Numbered from the stretch's first letter, positions 9,353-19,203 are shown. The stretch is DNA of 44,039 nt from Actinomycetota bacterium (GCA_046730015.1 JBKPHT010000012.1:1-44039); one strand, 5' to 3'. The notes: a model not told the origin generated them from the sequence alone. Numbers and translations: made by a program.

Positions 9353-10590
9353 GCCATGGGCCTCCGGCCCAGTTGCTTCAGTCGACGGATCGACGGGTGC
9401 CGCCGTATCAGCCGATCGTGGACTCGCAGATAGGTCATCCGCCCTCGACCCGCGATGTGGTGGCGAGCTGCCAACATCAGACGGCGGGGGCTCCCATGGG
9501 CCTGTCCGAACGCAGCGCCTCCTCGGCCGCGACGCGTGTCGACGAACGGAACGAGGGGATCTAGCGGTTCGACGATCGCATACCCGTGGTCGGACAGGAA
9601 GCGGTCGAGTACCGACCTGCCGAGGTCGACCGCATCGTCGTCGAGATCTTTGGAGCAGGACCGGTCGACGACCCTCGCCGCAGCGGACACGAGTTGATCG
9701 TCCCGGCCGGACTCGGGACGGCGATGGGTCAGACTCCGGTACAACTCGACAGCCCCTGCATTGCGTGAGTCCAGTTCGAAGATCCCTGTCGCGGCGAGCA
9801 CGCGGGACCGGAGACATTCGCTGGCCCAGCTCGGGTCGATGAAGCGATCCCCGACGAAGCGGATCCCGAGGCACAACGGCCGACCGCCGACGCGGACCGT
9901 GAACCCTCCGCCGACAGCGGCTGGCAGCCGGAAGGCAGACCGCGCTCCCAGAATGGTGTGCAGGCTGTGGTAGTCGTCGCAGAGGATTTGGACCCCGTGG
10001 GCGACGTTCGACCCCTCCGACGTCCCTGCCGAGTGCAGCCTCGGGAGTACGACGTAGTTGATGGTCTCGTTGAGCGTGCGGTACATGTCGAGCTCGGATT
10101 TCCAGCCGTCAGACCCGGTCACGTCCCGCGCTATCCGCTCTATCCCTCCGTCCCAGGTCGCACGCGGGCCGGCCGCGATCATGTCCGGCTCGCCCAGCAG
10201 CATCGTCAGGTCACGCCGGGTCTCGTGAGACGTCTCACCGCAGTGCACACCTAGCGCACCGCACCACTCGCGGTAGCGGAGCTTGGCGTCCAGAAAGTTT
10301 GCGTTCACCTCCCGGGGACCCCTGGAGGTCACCCTCACCTCGACAACCGGATCCGGATCCCACAGCACCACAGCGAGTAACGGCCCAGCACCCTTGTTGA
10401 GGACGTGGTAGACACCCCGCACTTGCAAGTCGGAGTAGAAGCGCTCGTAGTTCCTTTCGACTCGCCTGGGGGTCCATTCGACCTCCGTGACCGACACCAC
10501 CCCGAAACGCCGCTCGAGATCCGCCAGGATCTCCGACTGGTGACCACGTACCGCATCCCACAGCACGAAGAGGCCCGCGCCAGGATGCAT
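9349..10590 (-). CDS. Hypothetical protein with NDK-like N-terminal domain (alternative GTG start at 10632)
   Basis: Fills the gap between the ATP-grasp and methyltransferase genes with coupled ends; globular composition from MHPGAGLFVLW onward; see findings. Confidence 0.75.
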   Translation of the reverse strand: MHPGAGLFVLWDAVRGHQSEILADLERRFGVVSVTEVEWTPRRVERNYERFYSDLQVRGVYHVLNKGAGPLLAVVLWDPDPVVEVRVTSRGPREVNANFLDAKLRYREWCGALGVHCGETSHETRRDLTMLLGEPDMIAAGPRATWDGGIERIARDVTGSDGWKSELDMYRTLNETINYVVLPRLHSAGTSEGSNVAHGVQILCDDYHSLHTILGARSAFRLPAAVGGGFTVRVGGRPLCLGIRFVGDRFIDPSWASECLRSRVLAATGIFELDSRNAGAVELYRSLTHRRPESGRDDQLVSAAARVVDRSCSKDLDDDAVDLGRSVLDRFLSDHGYAIVEPLDPLVPFVDTRRGRGGAAFGQAHGSPRRLMLAARHHIAGRGRMTYLRVHDRLIRRHPSIRRLKQLGRRPMA

Positions 10591-10631
10591 GCCGCGCCCG
10601 TCGTGCCGACCATCTGAGAGACGAGCTGCCA

Positions 10632-11855
10632 CTACCGCGTCCCTGCCCTGCCCGATCGGAGCGACCGTTGCCCCACCTGCTTCGCCGCCTGCCACAGGTC
10701 GGCGAAGAACGGAGCCGGGTCGCGCCAAGAGAAGATGGCATGGGCTCTGCGCCCCCTGTACGAGCGCACCCACTCGCCGAGACCCAAGCGGTCTGACCGC
10801 CAGTAGGTGAACCCGGACTGGACGTCGTGGCGCAGGTCGACCCACTTCGTTCCGGTGTACCTCTGCGTCCGGTCGACGATCGGTGGGAGCGGCAGCTGCA
10901 GCACATCGCAGTACATTGTGTAAAGCAACTCCACTCCACCGGCCTCGGCGATGGCCGACCGGCCAGTCGGTCGACCGACATTTGGCTCGATGACGTAGTA
11001 CGCGCCTGACTCCTCGTCCTTCTTCAACTCCAGATATGCCAGACCGTGGTACGGCACGGTGGCGAAGAAGCCGAGCGTGCCTGCCAGTGTCGCGTCGTCC
11101 CTCACCTCCTCCCCAAGGCAACTCGAGCCGGCGTCGACCGGCCACTGACGGAGCTTTCGTGCGACGAACGTCGCCAGGGGTTCACCGTTACGGTCGAAGT
11201 AGCAGTTGCAGGAGTACAGGTTGGTGTCATCCCCGCGTATCCACTGCTGGGCGATGAACGCCGCAGACCACTCCCGGCAGGTCTCGTACGCCTGCAGGAG
11301 CTCTTCTCCGCTGGCGAGCATGAACACCTTGCACTTCGTATGGCTGTCCCAGGCCATGTCCCGGTACGAGGGCTTCAGCAGACAGGGAAACGTCAGCTCT
11401 CGGGCGGCGCGCTCCGCATCGCTCCAGGAGCGGATCACGATGGCCGGCGGAACCGGCACTCCGTGAGCCTCGGCGTGCTCGAGGAAGCGGATCTTGTCGA
11501 GAAAGGTCTCGACGACCTCGGGAGGCGGGAGCGCGTACTCGAAGAAGGGCTCCCGCTGCTCCCGATGGCGGGAGACCACGCGGACGCTCCTGTCCTGACA
11601 CGGGAACAGAGCCGCCCGTTCATCCAGCTCGGCCCCTAGCTCCAGCAACGTGTCGATGAGCTCGGGCGTCCCCGTCGGGGTGATCCGCAGATCGCGACAG
11701 ACGTTGGTCCGGCAGTTCGGGTGGGAGCGGTCCTCGGCGATGGCGACTACGGGGATCCCGTGTCCGTCCAGAATCCGTGCGGCCTGGATCCCCTGGAGAC
11801 TGTCGAGACCGATTACAACAGCCGGAGGAAGGATCCGTGAGGAGGGCCTTGGCAT
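10632..11855 (-). CDS. ATP-grasp carboxylate-amine ligase (D-aspartate-ligase-like)
   Basis: LFPCQD, DKIRF, FPCLLKP, QQWIRGDD, RKLRQWP, YLELKKD...IEPNVGR. Confidence 0.88.
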   Translation of the reverse strand: MPRPSSRILPPAVVIGLDSLQGIQAARILDGHGIPVVAIAEDRSHPNCRTNVCRDLRITPTGTPELIDTLLELGAELDERAALFPCQDRSVRVVSRHREQREPFFEYALPPPEVVETFLDKIRFLEHAEAHGVPVPPAIVIRSWSDAERAARELTFPCLLKPSYRDMAWDSHTKCKVFMLASGEELLQAYETCREWSAAFIAQQWIRGDDTNLYSCNCYFDRNGEPLATFVARKLRQWPVDAGSSCLGEEVRDDATLAGTLGFFATVPYHGLAYLELKKDEESGAYYVIEPNVGRPTGRSAIAEAGGVELLYTMYCDVLQLPLPPIVDRTQRYTGTKWVDLRHDVQSGFTYWRSDRLGLGEWVRSYRGRRAHAIFSWRDPAPFFADLWQAAKQVGQRSLRSGRAGTR

Positions 11856-12184
11856 GGCGGAACACTGTAGGTGGGCTCGCTCCCGCGGGTGTCCCCTATG
11901 GCACGTTGTCTGGAGGACGACCTCTGGGGCACGCGGTCCAGCGGTGGTCATCCGACGGACAGGCTGGGATCGATCCTGCGAGTCCCCGAATTGACTTCCC
12001 CCGGCGCGGGCGCTGGGCCTCCACGAGAGCTACCCTGCGCGACTGACTGATCGGTAGGACCAGCGGGTCGGTGAGCGGAAGGCGGGCGGCCTGACCGACG
12101 GTCACGGTCGCCGGACACACCGTTTCCTCGTCACCGGGTTGAGTGCGAACGAGCGGCACGCAGCGAGACCGGGAGGAATCCAAC

Positions 12185-13819
12185 GTGAGCAAGACCGAGC
12201 AGTTCCGACAGCTGTTGCACTCGGGGGAACTTGAGTTCCTCCTCGAGGCGCACAACGGTATGAGCGCCAAGATCGGTGAGGAGGCCGGGTTCAAGGGGCT
12301 CTGGGCCAGCGGGCTCTGCATCTCGGGACAACTGGCCGTCCGGGATTCGAACGAGGCGAGCTGGACGCAGGTCCTCGACGTGCTCGAGTTCATGACGGAC
12401 GCAACGAGCATCCCGATCCTTCTCGACGGCGACACCGGCTACGGGAACTTCAACTCGATGCGGCGTCTAGTCCGCAAGCTCGAGCAGCGGGACGTCGCCG
12501 CCGTTTGCATCGAGGACAAGCTCTTTCCGAAGACGAACAGCTTCATCGCCGGCGAGACGCAACCCCTCGCAGACATCGACGAGTTCTGCGGCAAGATCAA
12601 GGCTGGCAAGGACGCCCAGTCGGACCCCGACTTCGCCATCGTGGCCCGGGTCGAGGCGTTCATCGCAGGGTGGGGACTCGGCGAAGCCCTGACGCGGGCG
12701 CATGCCTACGCCGACGCGGGTGCCGACGCCATCCTCATGCACAGCGCCAAGTCAACTCCCGATGAGGTCCTCGCCTTCACGAGCGAGTGGCACCGCGAGT
12801 GTCCAGTGATCATCGTGCCGACTCGCTATTATTCGACCCCTTCCGATGTCTACAGGACTGCCGGGATCTCGGTGGTCATCTGGGCCAACCATCTCCTGCG
12901 GGCCGCGATCGGGGCGATGCAGCAGACCGCAGCGTCGATCAAGGCCGAGGAGAACCTGTTCTCGGTCGAGGACCAGGTCGTGCCCGTCGCAGAGATCTTC
13001 CGCCTCCAGGGTGCACCCGAGCTGGCCGAGGCCGAGAAGCGCTATCTCCCGAACCGGAACGCCGGCGTCCGGACCGTCGTCCTCGCCGCGTCACGGGGAG
13101 AAGAGCTCGGTGAGCTGACCAGCGACCGTCCGAAGGCGATGGTCGAGGTCAACGGACGCCCCCTGGCGCAGCACATCGTCGATGCCTTCAATGCGATCGG
13201 CGTGAAGAACATCACGCTGGTGCGCGGCTTCCGCAAGGATGCCTTCGACATCCCCAACCTCCACTACGTGGACAACGACGACTTCGAGCAAAGTGGCGAG
13301 CTCGCGTCGCTGCAGGTCGCCCTCGACGCCCTGCCCGCCGAGTCAGCCGACGCGACGTTGGTCGTGTGCTACGGCGACGTGCTGTTCAGCAAATTCGTGC
13401 CGCAGGCGTTGCTTGACCTCGAAGCGGACCTCGCGATCGCAGTGGACACGGACTGGCGCGTGAGCGCCAACCGTGACCGAGCCGCTGACCTCGTGCGGTG
13501 CTCGGCGCCCCACTCGCGTGACGCCTTCTACAAGCGGATCAACCTGGAGCGGATCTCCACAGAGCTCCCGGAGGAGGAGGTCCATGGCGAATGGATGGGA
13601 TTTCTGAAGATCGGCGCGGACGCCCGGCCCCTCGTACGAGAGCTCACCGCGGAGCTCCTCTCCGCCCCCGACGGGCGGCAGGCGGCTTTGCTGGATCTCC
13701 TCCAAAGCCTGGCGTCGTCACATCGTGCTGTCGAGGTGTTCTACACGACAGGTCATTGGCTCGATGTCGACAGACTCACCGATCTCGGTTCTGCCGGCAG
13801 CTTCGACGGACCGGGGTGA
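12185..13819 (+). CDS. pepM: Phosphoenolpyruvate mutase fused to a C-terminal nucleotidyl (cytidylyl) transferase
   Basis: Diagnostic EDKxxxxxNS motif ([10 protein letters not shown]), EAHNG, DSNEASW, DGDTGYG; C-domain LAASRG...RPKAM, YGDVLF, GEWMG, WLDVD; GTG 12185 follows GGGAGGA. Confidence 0.97.
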   Translation: MSKTEQFRQLLHSGELEFLLEAHNGMSAKIGEEAGFKGLWASGLCISGQLAVRDSNEASWTQVLDVLEFMTDATSIPILLDGDTGYGNFNSMRRLVRKLEQRDVAAVCIEDKLFPKTNSFIAGETQPLADIDEFCGKIKAGKDAQSDPDFAIVARVEAFIAGWGLGEALTRAHAYADAGADAILMHSAKSTPDEVLAFTSEWHRECPVIIVPTRYYSTPSDVYRTAGISVVIWANHLLRAAIGAMQQTAASIKAEENLFSVEDQVVPVAEIFRLQGAPELAEAEKRYLPNRNAGVRTVVLAASRGEELGELTSDRPKAMVEVNGRPLAQHIVDAFNAIGVKNITLVRGFRKDAFDIPNLHYVDNDDFEQSGELASLQVALDALPAESADATLVVCYGDVLFSKFVPQALLDLEADLAIAVDTDWRVSANRDRAADLVRCSAPHSRDAFYKRINLERISTELPEEEVHGEWMGFLKIGADARPLVRELTAELLSAPDGRQAALLDLLQSLASSHRAVEVFYTTGHWLDVDRLTDLGSAGSFDGPG

Positions 13820-13825
13820 CATCAA

Positions 13826-15958
13826 ATGATTCGTGCGTCCGACTTCGTCGAGCAGGCTCGCGTGCGCGGCTTCTCCATCTACGCCGGCGTCCCGTGTTCC
13901 TTTCTCAAGCCGTTCATCAATTACGTGATCGACGACGATTCACTGCGATACGTCGCAGCGGCCCAGGAAGGGGACGCGGTTGCCATCGCCGCAGGCAGTG
14001 ACCTCGGTGGAGTGCCAGCGATCTGCATGTTCCAGAATTCAGGTCTCGGGAATGCGGTCAGCCCGCTGTCATCGCTGACAGCGACGTTCAGGATCCCGGT
14101 CCTCCTCATCGTCACGCACCGCGGCAGGCCGGGACCTGACACGGACGAGCCCCAGCATGAGCTGATGGGGCGCATCACCCGTGACATGCTCGAGTTGCTG
14201 GGGATCCCATCGGAGGACTTCCCCACCGATTCCGCCCAAGTGGCCCCCGCGCTCGACCGCGCGACCACCTGGATGCGGGAACACTCCTTGCCATATGCGC
14301 TCATCATGGCCAAGGGATCCGTCGAGCCGTGGAAGGAGCCACAACAGCCACCGGTGGGCATCCACCCAGAGTCCACAGTGCCCATATCCTCACCACCCGA
14401 GACCTCCCGGGGGGCGATGTTGGACGCACTGCAGGCCTCGCTCGACCCGAGCGACGTCGTGATCGCCACCACCGGCTACACGGGACGGGAGCTCTACGCC
14501 CACGGCGATGCGGCGAACCAGTTCTACATGGTGGGGTCGATGGGTTGTGCGTCGAGCCTGGCGCTCGGTGTCGCCATCACCCGACCGCAGAACCGTGTCA
14601 TCGCCGTCGACGGCGACGGTGCCGCGATCATGCGGCTAGGCGCCCTCACCACGCTTGCTGCCGAGCGGCCGGCCAACGTGGTGCACATCGTGCTCGACAA
14701 CGGTCAACATGAGTCGACGGGCGGACAGCCCACGTCGACGGCCACGACCGATCTCGCCGGCGTGGCCGCAGCGTGTGGCTACCGACATGTCCAACGGGCC
14801 ACGAGCCCTGAACGCCTGAGCGACCTGTTGCGCGAACGCCTCGACGGACCCCTGTTCATCCACGTACCGATTCATCCGGGTGTCACACAGAAGCTGCCGC
14901 GTCCGGCGATGACGCCCCCTGAGGTGGCGGCCCGGTTCCGTCGCCACCTCCACGACTACGCGACTCGCCACTCCTCCGACAACGAGGTGTCACTGGGCGG
15001 GCAACCACCCCGCCGCCGGATGAAGATCCTCGTGGTCACCAAGTTGTTCCCAGACGCGATGGAGCAGCTCCGCCACGACCACGATGTCGTTCAGCAGATC
15101 GACCCGTCGGCCGACGAGCTCTTGGAGCTGGTCGGCGACCGGGAGGTCCTCATCTTCCGCAGCGGTGTGCAGATCACCGCCGAGGTCCTGGGCAAGGCCC
15201 AGCACCTCGAGCTCCTGATCCGTGGAGGCTCGGGCCTCGACAACATCGATCTGGCTCATGCCGACCAGAACGGCATCGAGCTCGTCCGTATCCCACAACC
15301 GGGGGCTCGAGCCGTGGCCGAGCTCGCCTTTGCGCTGATGTTGAACCTGGCGCGGCGTGTTCTCGAGGCAGATTCGCTGCTACGCCAGGGACGCTGGGCG
15401 AAACACGACATCGTCGGGCGTCTCCTGGCCGACAAGACACTCGGAGTCTATGGGGCCGGCAACATCGGCGGTCAGATCGCTCAACTGGGCAGAGCCTGGG
15501 GAATGAAGGTGCTCGGCTGTGTGGAACACCCGACGGACACGCGAGCTCGCGAGCTTGCCGCGCGTGGTATCGAGCTCGTCAGCGACGCCGAGGTCCTCGC
15601 CCGCTCCGACTTCCTCACACTGAGCGTCCCGCTGAAGCCGTCGACCCGCCATCTCATCGACGCCGAGGCCATCGCAGCGATGAAGCCGGGTGCGTTCATC
15701 GTCAACGTGGCTCGCGGCGGGGTCGTCGATGAGGAAGCGCTGGCCGAGGCGCTCGACTCCGGTCATCTGGCAGGTGCGGCGCTCGACGTCCACGAACGCG
15801 AGGGCGAAGGCGCGGTCTCCCCCCTCGCAAGACGTCCCGACGTCGTGCTCACTCCCCACATCGGTGCCGGCACAGTCGATTCCCAGCGGATGATCGGGGA
15901 GCGCATCGTCGAGATCCTCCGGGAGCGCGCCACACGCCTTCCCGCGGCGGCGGGCTGA
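13826..15958 (+). CDS. ppd: Phosphonopyruvate decarboxylase fused to a D-isomer-specific 2-hydroxyacid dehydrogenase
   Basis: Ppd: GVPCSFLKP, QNSGLGN, DEPQH, FYMVGSMG, DGDGA...DNGQHESTGGQ. From codon 399 (ATG 15020): MKILV, GSGLDNID, AVAE, GAGNIG, NVARG, DVHERE, TPHIG. No stop between the two domains. Confidence 0.95.
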   Translation: MIRASDFVEQARVRGFSIYAGVPCSFLKPFINYVIDDDSLRYVAAAQEGDAVAIAAGSDLGGVPAICMFQNSGLGNAVSPLSSLTATFRIPVLLIVTHRGRPGPDTDEPQHELMGRITRDMLELLGIPSEDFPTDSAQVAPALDRATTWMREHSLPYALIMAKGSVEPWKEPQQPPVGIHPESTVPISSPPETSRGAMLDALQASLDPSDVVIATTGYTGRELYAHGDAANQFYMVGSMGCASSLALGVAITRPQNRVIAVDGDGAAIMRLGALTTLAAERPANVVHIVLDNGQHESTGGQPTSTATTDLAGVAAACGYRHVQRATSPERLSDLLRERLDGPLFIHVPIHPGVTQKLPRPAMTPPEVAARFRRHLHDYATRHSSDNEVSLGGQPPRRRMKILVVTKLFPDAMEQLRHDHDVVQQIDPSADELLELVGDREVLIFRSGVQITAEVLGKAQHLELLIRGGSGLDNIDLAHADQNGIELVRIPQPGARAVAELAFALMLNLARRVLEADSLLRQGRWAKHDIVGRLLADKTLGVYGAGNIGGQIAQLGRAWGMKVLGCVEHPTDTRARELAARGIELVSDAEVLARSDFLTLSVPLKPSTRHLIDAEAIAAMKPGAFIVNVARGGVVDEEALAEALDSGHLAGAALDVHEREGEGAVSPLARRPDVVLTPHIGAGTVDSQRMIGERIVEILRERATRLPAAAG

Positions 15959-15965
15959 CCCCGGC

Positions 15966-17213
15966 TCAGGCCCCGACGACCGAGCGAATCGCCTTGAGTA
16001 CGCGCGCGCCGGACTGGTCGTCATCGAATGCGTGCAGCCTGGCCATCGCCGTGTCCCGCCGCGCACCGTCGTGAGACATCGCCCGGTCGGTGGCGATCTC
16101 GGTGAGCGCTCCGAACAGATCCACCGGGGTCGAGAGACAGGGCCCGACTGCGATGTCCTCCGGGTCGAAGACCAGCTTGCGGCTGCTCGCGCGGAACTCG
16201 GCGAGGTCAGGCATGTAGTAGATGATCGGCCGTTCCATCAACATGTAGTCGAAGATCACCGACGAGTAGTCGCTGATCAGTGCGCTGGTGAACGGCAGCA
16301 CGTGATAGACGTCGAGCTCCTGCGGCAGCAGGACGACTCTCGGCGACCGATGATCGAAGCTCGTCACATCCATCGGGTGGAACTTGATCAAGAAGACGCC
16401 GTCCACCTCCTCCATCAGTGCTTCGAGACGGTCCCAATCGATGTTGAGGTACGGCTTCGCGCTGTCGCGGAACGTCGGCAGGTAGAAGAACACAGCCGTG
16501 CCCGCATCCGCAGCCGCGAGCACCTCCGGTGGACACTTCGACCGTGCATGACGGTGACCCTCAGCCGACAGGAGCAGGTCGTTGCGCGGGAAACCAGTGA
16601 CCACGACCGCGGCCTCCGGAACGTCGAACGCCCGCCGCGTGATGGCTGCCGTCTCCTCAGATGTCGCGATGATCAGATTGGGACGGACAAGGTGCCAGGG
16701 CATCATCGCGCCGTACGCGAGTCTCACCGGCGGGACACCGTGGAACAACCGGTGATACCTGCTGGCCGGATTGTCGATGTCCCGCTCGAACGCCTTGAGC
16801 GGAACGCCGCTCCAGAGGTTCACCGTGATGGCGTTGCGCGACAGCCAGAAGTTGATGTCCTTCGAGAAGCAATCGAAGACGAAGACGCCGGCGCGCAAGC
16901 ACCGAAGCATCCCACGCACCGACCAGACCCAGTTCGCCGCGTATCCCTGACGCCGTAGGTCGTCCACGATGTCCCGCCGCCTTGAGATCCAGACCAGGTC
17001 GACTGCGTCGACGTCGACCCGGTAGCAGTACTGGAAGAAGGCAGCAGCGTTGTCGGCAAACCGATGGCCCCCCCACGAGCCGAACACCCACAAAGAGTTC
17101 CGGCGCGGGACAAGGCCGGACAGAAGGTACAGCGCGAACTGCGCAGGTCGGGCCACAGCGGTTCCGAGCAATGTACCGGCGCGGGTGAGCCGATCCCTCC
17201 ATCTACCGGTCAT
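15966..17213 (-). CDS. CDP-glycerol glycerophosphotransferase family protein (TagB/TagF-like)
   Basis: WVFGS, NLWSGVPLK, TGFPRND, YLPTFR, KFHP, ISDYSSVIFDY. Confidence 0.92.
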   Translation of the reverse strand: MTGRWRDRLTRAGTLLGTAVARPAQFALYLLSGLVPRRNSLWVFGSWGGHRFADNAAAFFQYCYRVDVDAVDLVWISRRRDIVDDLRRQGYAANWVWSVRGMLRCLRAGVFVFDCFSKDINFWLSRNAITVNLWSGVPLKAFERDIDNPASRYHRLFHGVPPVRLAYGAMMPWHLVRPNLIIATSEETAAITRRAFDVPEAAVVVTGFPRNDLLLSAEGHRHARSKCPPEVLAAADAGTAVFFYLPTFRDSAKPYLNIDWDRLEALMEEVDGVFLIKFHPMDVTSFDHRSPRVVLLPQELDVYHVLPFTSALISDYSSVIFDYMLMERPIIYYMPDLAEFRASSRKLVFDPEDIAVGPCLSTPVDLFGALTEIATDRAMSHDGARRDTAMARLHAFDDDQSGARVLKAIRSVVGA

Positions 17214-17246
17214 TGCGTGCCAGTCCCGTCGTCGCCGGCCACGGGC

Positions 17247-18044
17247 TTACCGACGTCCTTCCTTGGCGACGATGGCTGGGAACAGCTCGTTCCGGATGTA
17301 GGCATAGTCGTCGGCCGTGTCGCACTCGGCGTACGCGAGACCCGCAGGGACCTGAGCGGAGACCATGCGCCGCAATGTCAGGCAGTACTGCCACAGTTCC
17401 TCGTGCTCCGACTGCGACTTGGCGAATCCGTAGGCAGGGCTCTCGTCGGGCCATCCGGTGAGCCATCGCGCGATTCCCTGGACGAACTCCCGGTCCTCGG
17501 CGGCCACGTGGATGATGCCGAGGCTCTCTCCGAGAAGGTCGAGACCAGCCGTCAGTAGAGGAGACAACCCTTTACCGATCAGGACGGGGTGCTCGTGTCC
17601 GTGCCCGTAGACCCTCACTTCCTCGTCGTCGCCCGAGACCTGAGGAGCGAGGAACAGGCAGCTCCGGCCACACGACCCGATCACCGACTCCAGCAGCGTG
17701 CGCTCGTAGACGATGTCGGCGTCGGTGATCAGCAGTCCACCATCGTGACAAGCTGCGGCGCGAAGGCCGCAGAGCAGGCTCAACGTCGATCCGGTCGTCG
17801 ACGTGTCGAACGTGTTGACGACGAGCTCGACGCCCTCCAGATGCTGAGCGCTGTCGACATTCCCCTCACTCAGCACGACCAGCACCTCGTCGACGCCGCA
17901 GTTCCGAAGGATGCCGACGTGCCGCCCCAGAAAGGTCGGCCCACCCTCCTGGTGGGACAGCGGAAGGAGCGACTTCGGCACCGACGGCCGTCCGAGCCGC
18001 CGCCCGATCCCCGCAGCGAGGACGACAGCCGTCAGCCCGCCCAT
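17247..18044 (-). CDS. Stand-alone nucleotidyltransferase (LicC/PntC-like cytidylyltransferase)
   Basis: VLAAGIGRRLG..PKSL, DADIVY, DDEEVRV, GESLG, ECDTADD. Confidence 0.88.
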   Translation of the reverse strand: MGGLTAVVLAAGIGRRLGRPSVPKSLLPLSHQEGGPTFLGRHVGILRNCGVDEVLVVLSEGNVDSAQHLEGVELVVNTFDTSTTGSTLSLLCGLRAAACHDGGLLITDADIVYERTLLESVIGSCGRSCLFLAPQVSGDDEEVRVYGHGHEHPVLIGKGLSPLLTAGLDLLGESLGIIHVAAEDREFVQGIARWLTGWPDESPAYGFAKSQSEHEELWQYCLTLRRMVSAQVPAGLAYAECDTADDYAYIRNELFPAIVAKEGRR

Positions 18045-18057
18045 GCGACCGTGCTCC

Positions 18058-19203
18058 TCACGTCCTGAAGCCCATTTCTTCCCGCACGGCTGCGATCTCG
18101 GTCATGAGGCGATCGATGTCGGACGGGAAGATGTTGCCGATCGAACCGATGCGGAACGTCGAGAGCTCGGAGACCTTCCCTGGGTAGATCATGAAACCGC
18201 GGTCCTTGAGAAGATCGAAGAACATCTGGAAGGAGAATCTCTCGTCCCCGGGATAGTGAAACGAGGTGATGATCGGTGACTGCAGCTCCGCTGGGAGCAG
18301 GGTTCGGAAGCCGAGCCGCTCCATACCTCTGACGATCGCCTGCTGGTTCTCACAGTACCGCTGGTGACGACCTGCCAATGTCTCCACGGCGAGTTCTTCG
18401 AGCGCCTGGTCGAATCCCAGAACCGCATGAGTCGGCGAGGTGAAGCGCCACTTGCCGTGGCCTTCCTCGAGGCCACGCCACTGATCGCCGAGATCAAGGC
18501 TCAAGGAGCGGGCGCAGCCCTCGGTCTTCTCCAACGTCGCCCGGTGGGCGATGACGAACGCGAAACCGGGCACACCCTGGAGGCACTTGTTGGCCGACGA
18601 CACGGCGTAGTGGGCACCGAATGTGACCATGTCGAAGGGGATGCCCCCGAACGACGACATGGCGTCGACGACGAGGCACTTCCCGTGGGCCGCGACGAGC
18701 TCGCCGATCGACGCGGCATCGTTCACGATGCCCGTCGTCGTCTCGCAGTGGACGTACCCGACGTGGCTGATGGACGGGTCAACGGTGAGCGCTGCGTCGA
18801 TCCGGTCGGGATCGATGCGCTCGGTCTCGGGGTGACTCAGCACCACGCAAGAGATCCCCAGCCGCTCCGCGATCGCCGCCATCCGTACACCGTAAGCGCC
18901 ATTTGCCGCGATCAGAATCCTTCCATCGGACGGGATCACGGAGCCGAGGGTGGACTCGATGGCAAACGTGCCGCTCCCCTGCATCAGCACCGAGGTGTAG
19001 TCCGGCCGACACCGGTGATCCGACACTGCGATGTCGACCAACCGGGAGCGGATCGACTCGCAGATCGCGATGTAGTCAGGATCCCACGTCGACAGCTCGC
19101 GCAACGTCGCGGATCGAACGGTCCGCGTGGTCGAGAGTGGCCCCGGGGTCAACAGTAGATAGGGGTTTTCCTCGCCGCGCATAGTGGCGGGTGACTTTAG
19201 CAT
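18058..19203 (-). CDS. phnW: 2-aminoethylphosphonate aminotransferase (AepZ/PhnW family; alternative start 19182)
   Basis: LLTPGP, QGSGTF, NGAYG, HCETTTG, DAMSSFG, SSANKCLQG (PLP lysine), RFTSPTH, IYPGK. Confidence 0.95.
   Translation of the reverse strand: MLKSPATMRGEENPYLLLTPGPLSTTRTVRSATLRELSTWDPDYIAICESIRSRLVDIAVSDHRCRPDYTSVLMQGSGTFAIESTLGSVIPSDGRILIAANGAYGVRMAAIAERLGISCVVLSHPETERIDPDRIDAALTVDPSISHVGYVHCETTTGIVNDAASIGELVAAHGKCLVVDAMSSFGGIPFDMVTFGAHYAVSSANKCLQGVPGFAFVIAHRATLEKTEGCARSLSLDLGDQWRGLEEGHGKWRFTSPTHAVLGFDQALEELAVETLAGRHQRYCENQQAIVRGMERLGFRTLLPAELQSPIITSFHYPGDERFSFQMFFDLLKDRGFMIYPGKVSELSTFRIGSIGNIFPSDIDRLMTEIAAVREEMGFRT

Noticed and set aside
10632-19203. Reading the pepM cluster as a phosphonopeptide antibiotic cluster
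   Set aside because: Cytidylyltransferases, a TagF-like enzyme and Wzx/Wzy/Wzc context point to a surface polymer; no exporter, NRPS or resistance gene seen. Not fully excluded.
18058-19203. phnW as part of AEP catabolism
   Set aside because: No phnX, phnA/phnY or phosphonate transporter nearby; it clusters with pepM, ppd and a cytidylyltransferase, so a biosynthetic role is more likely.
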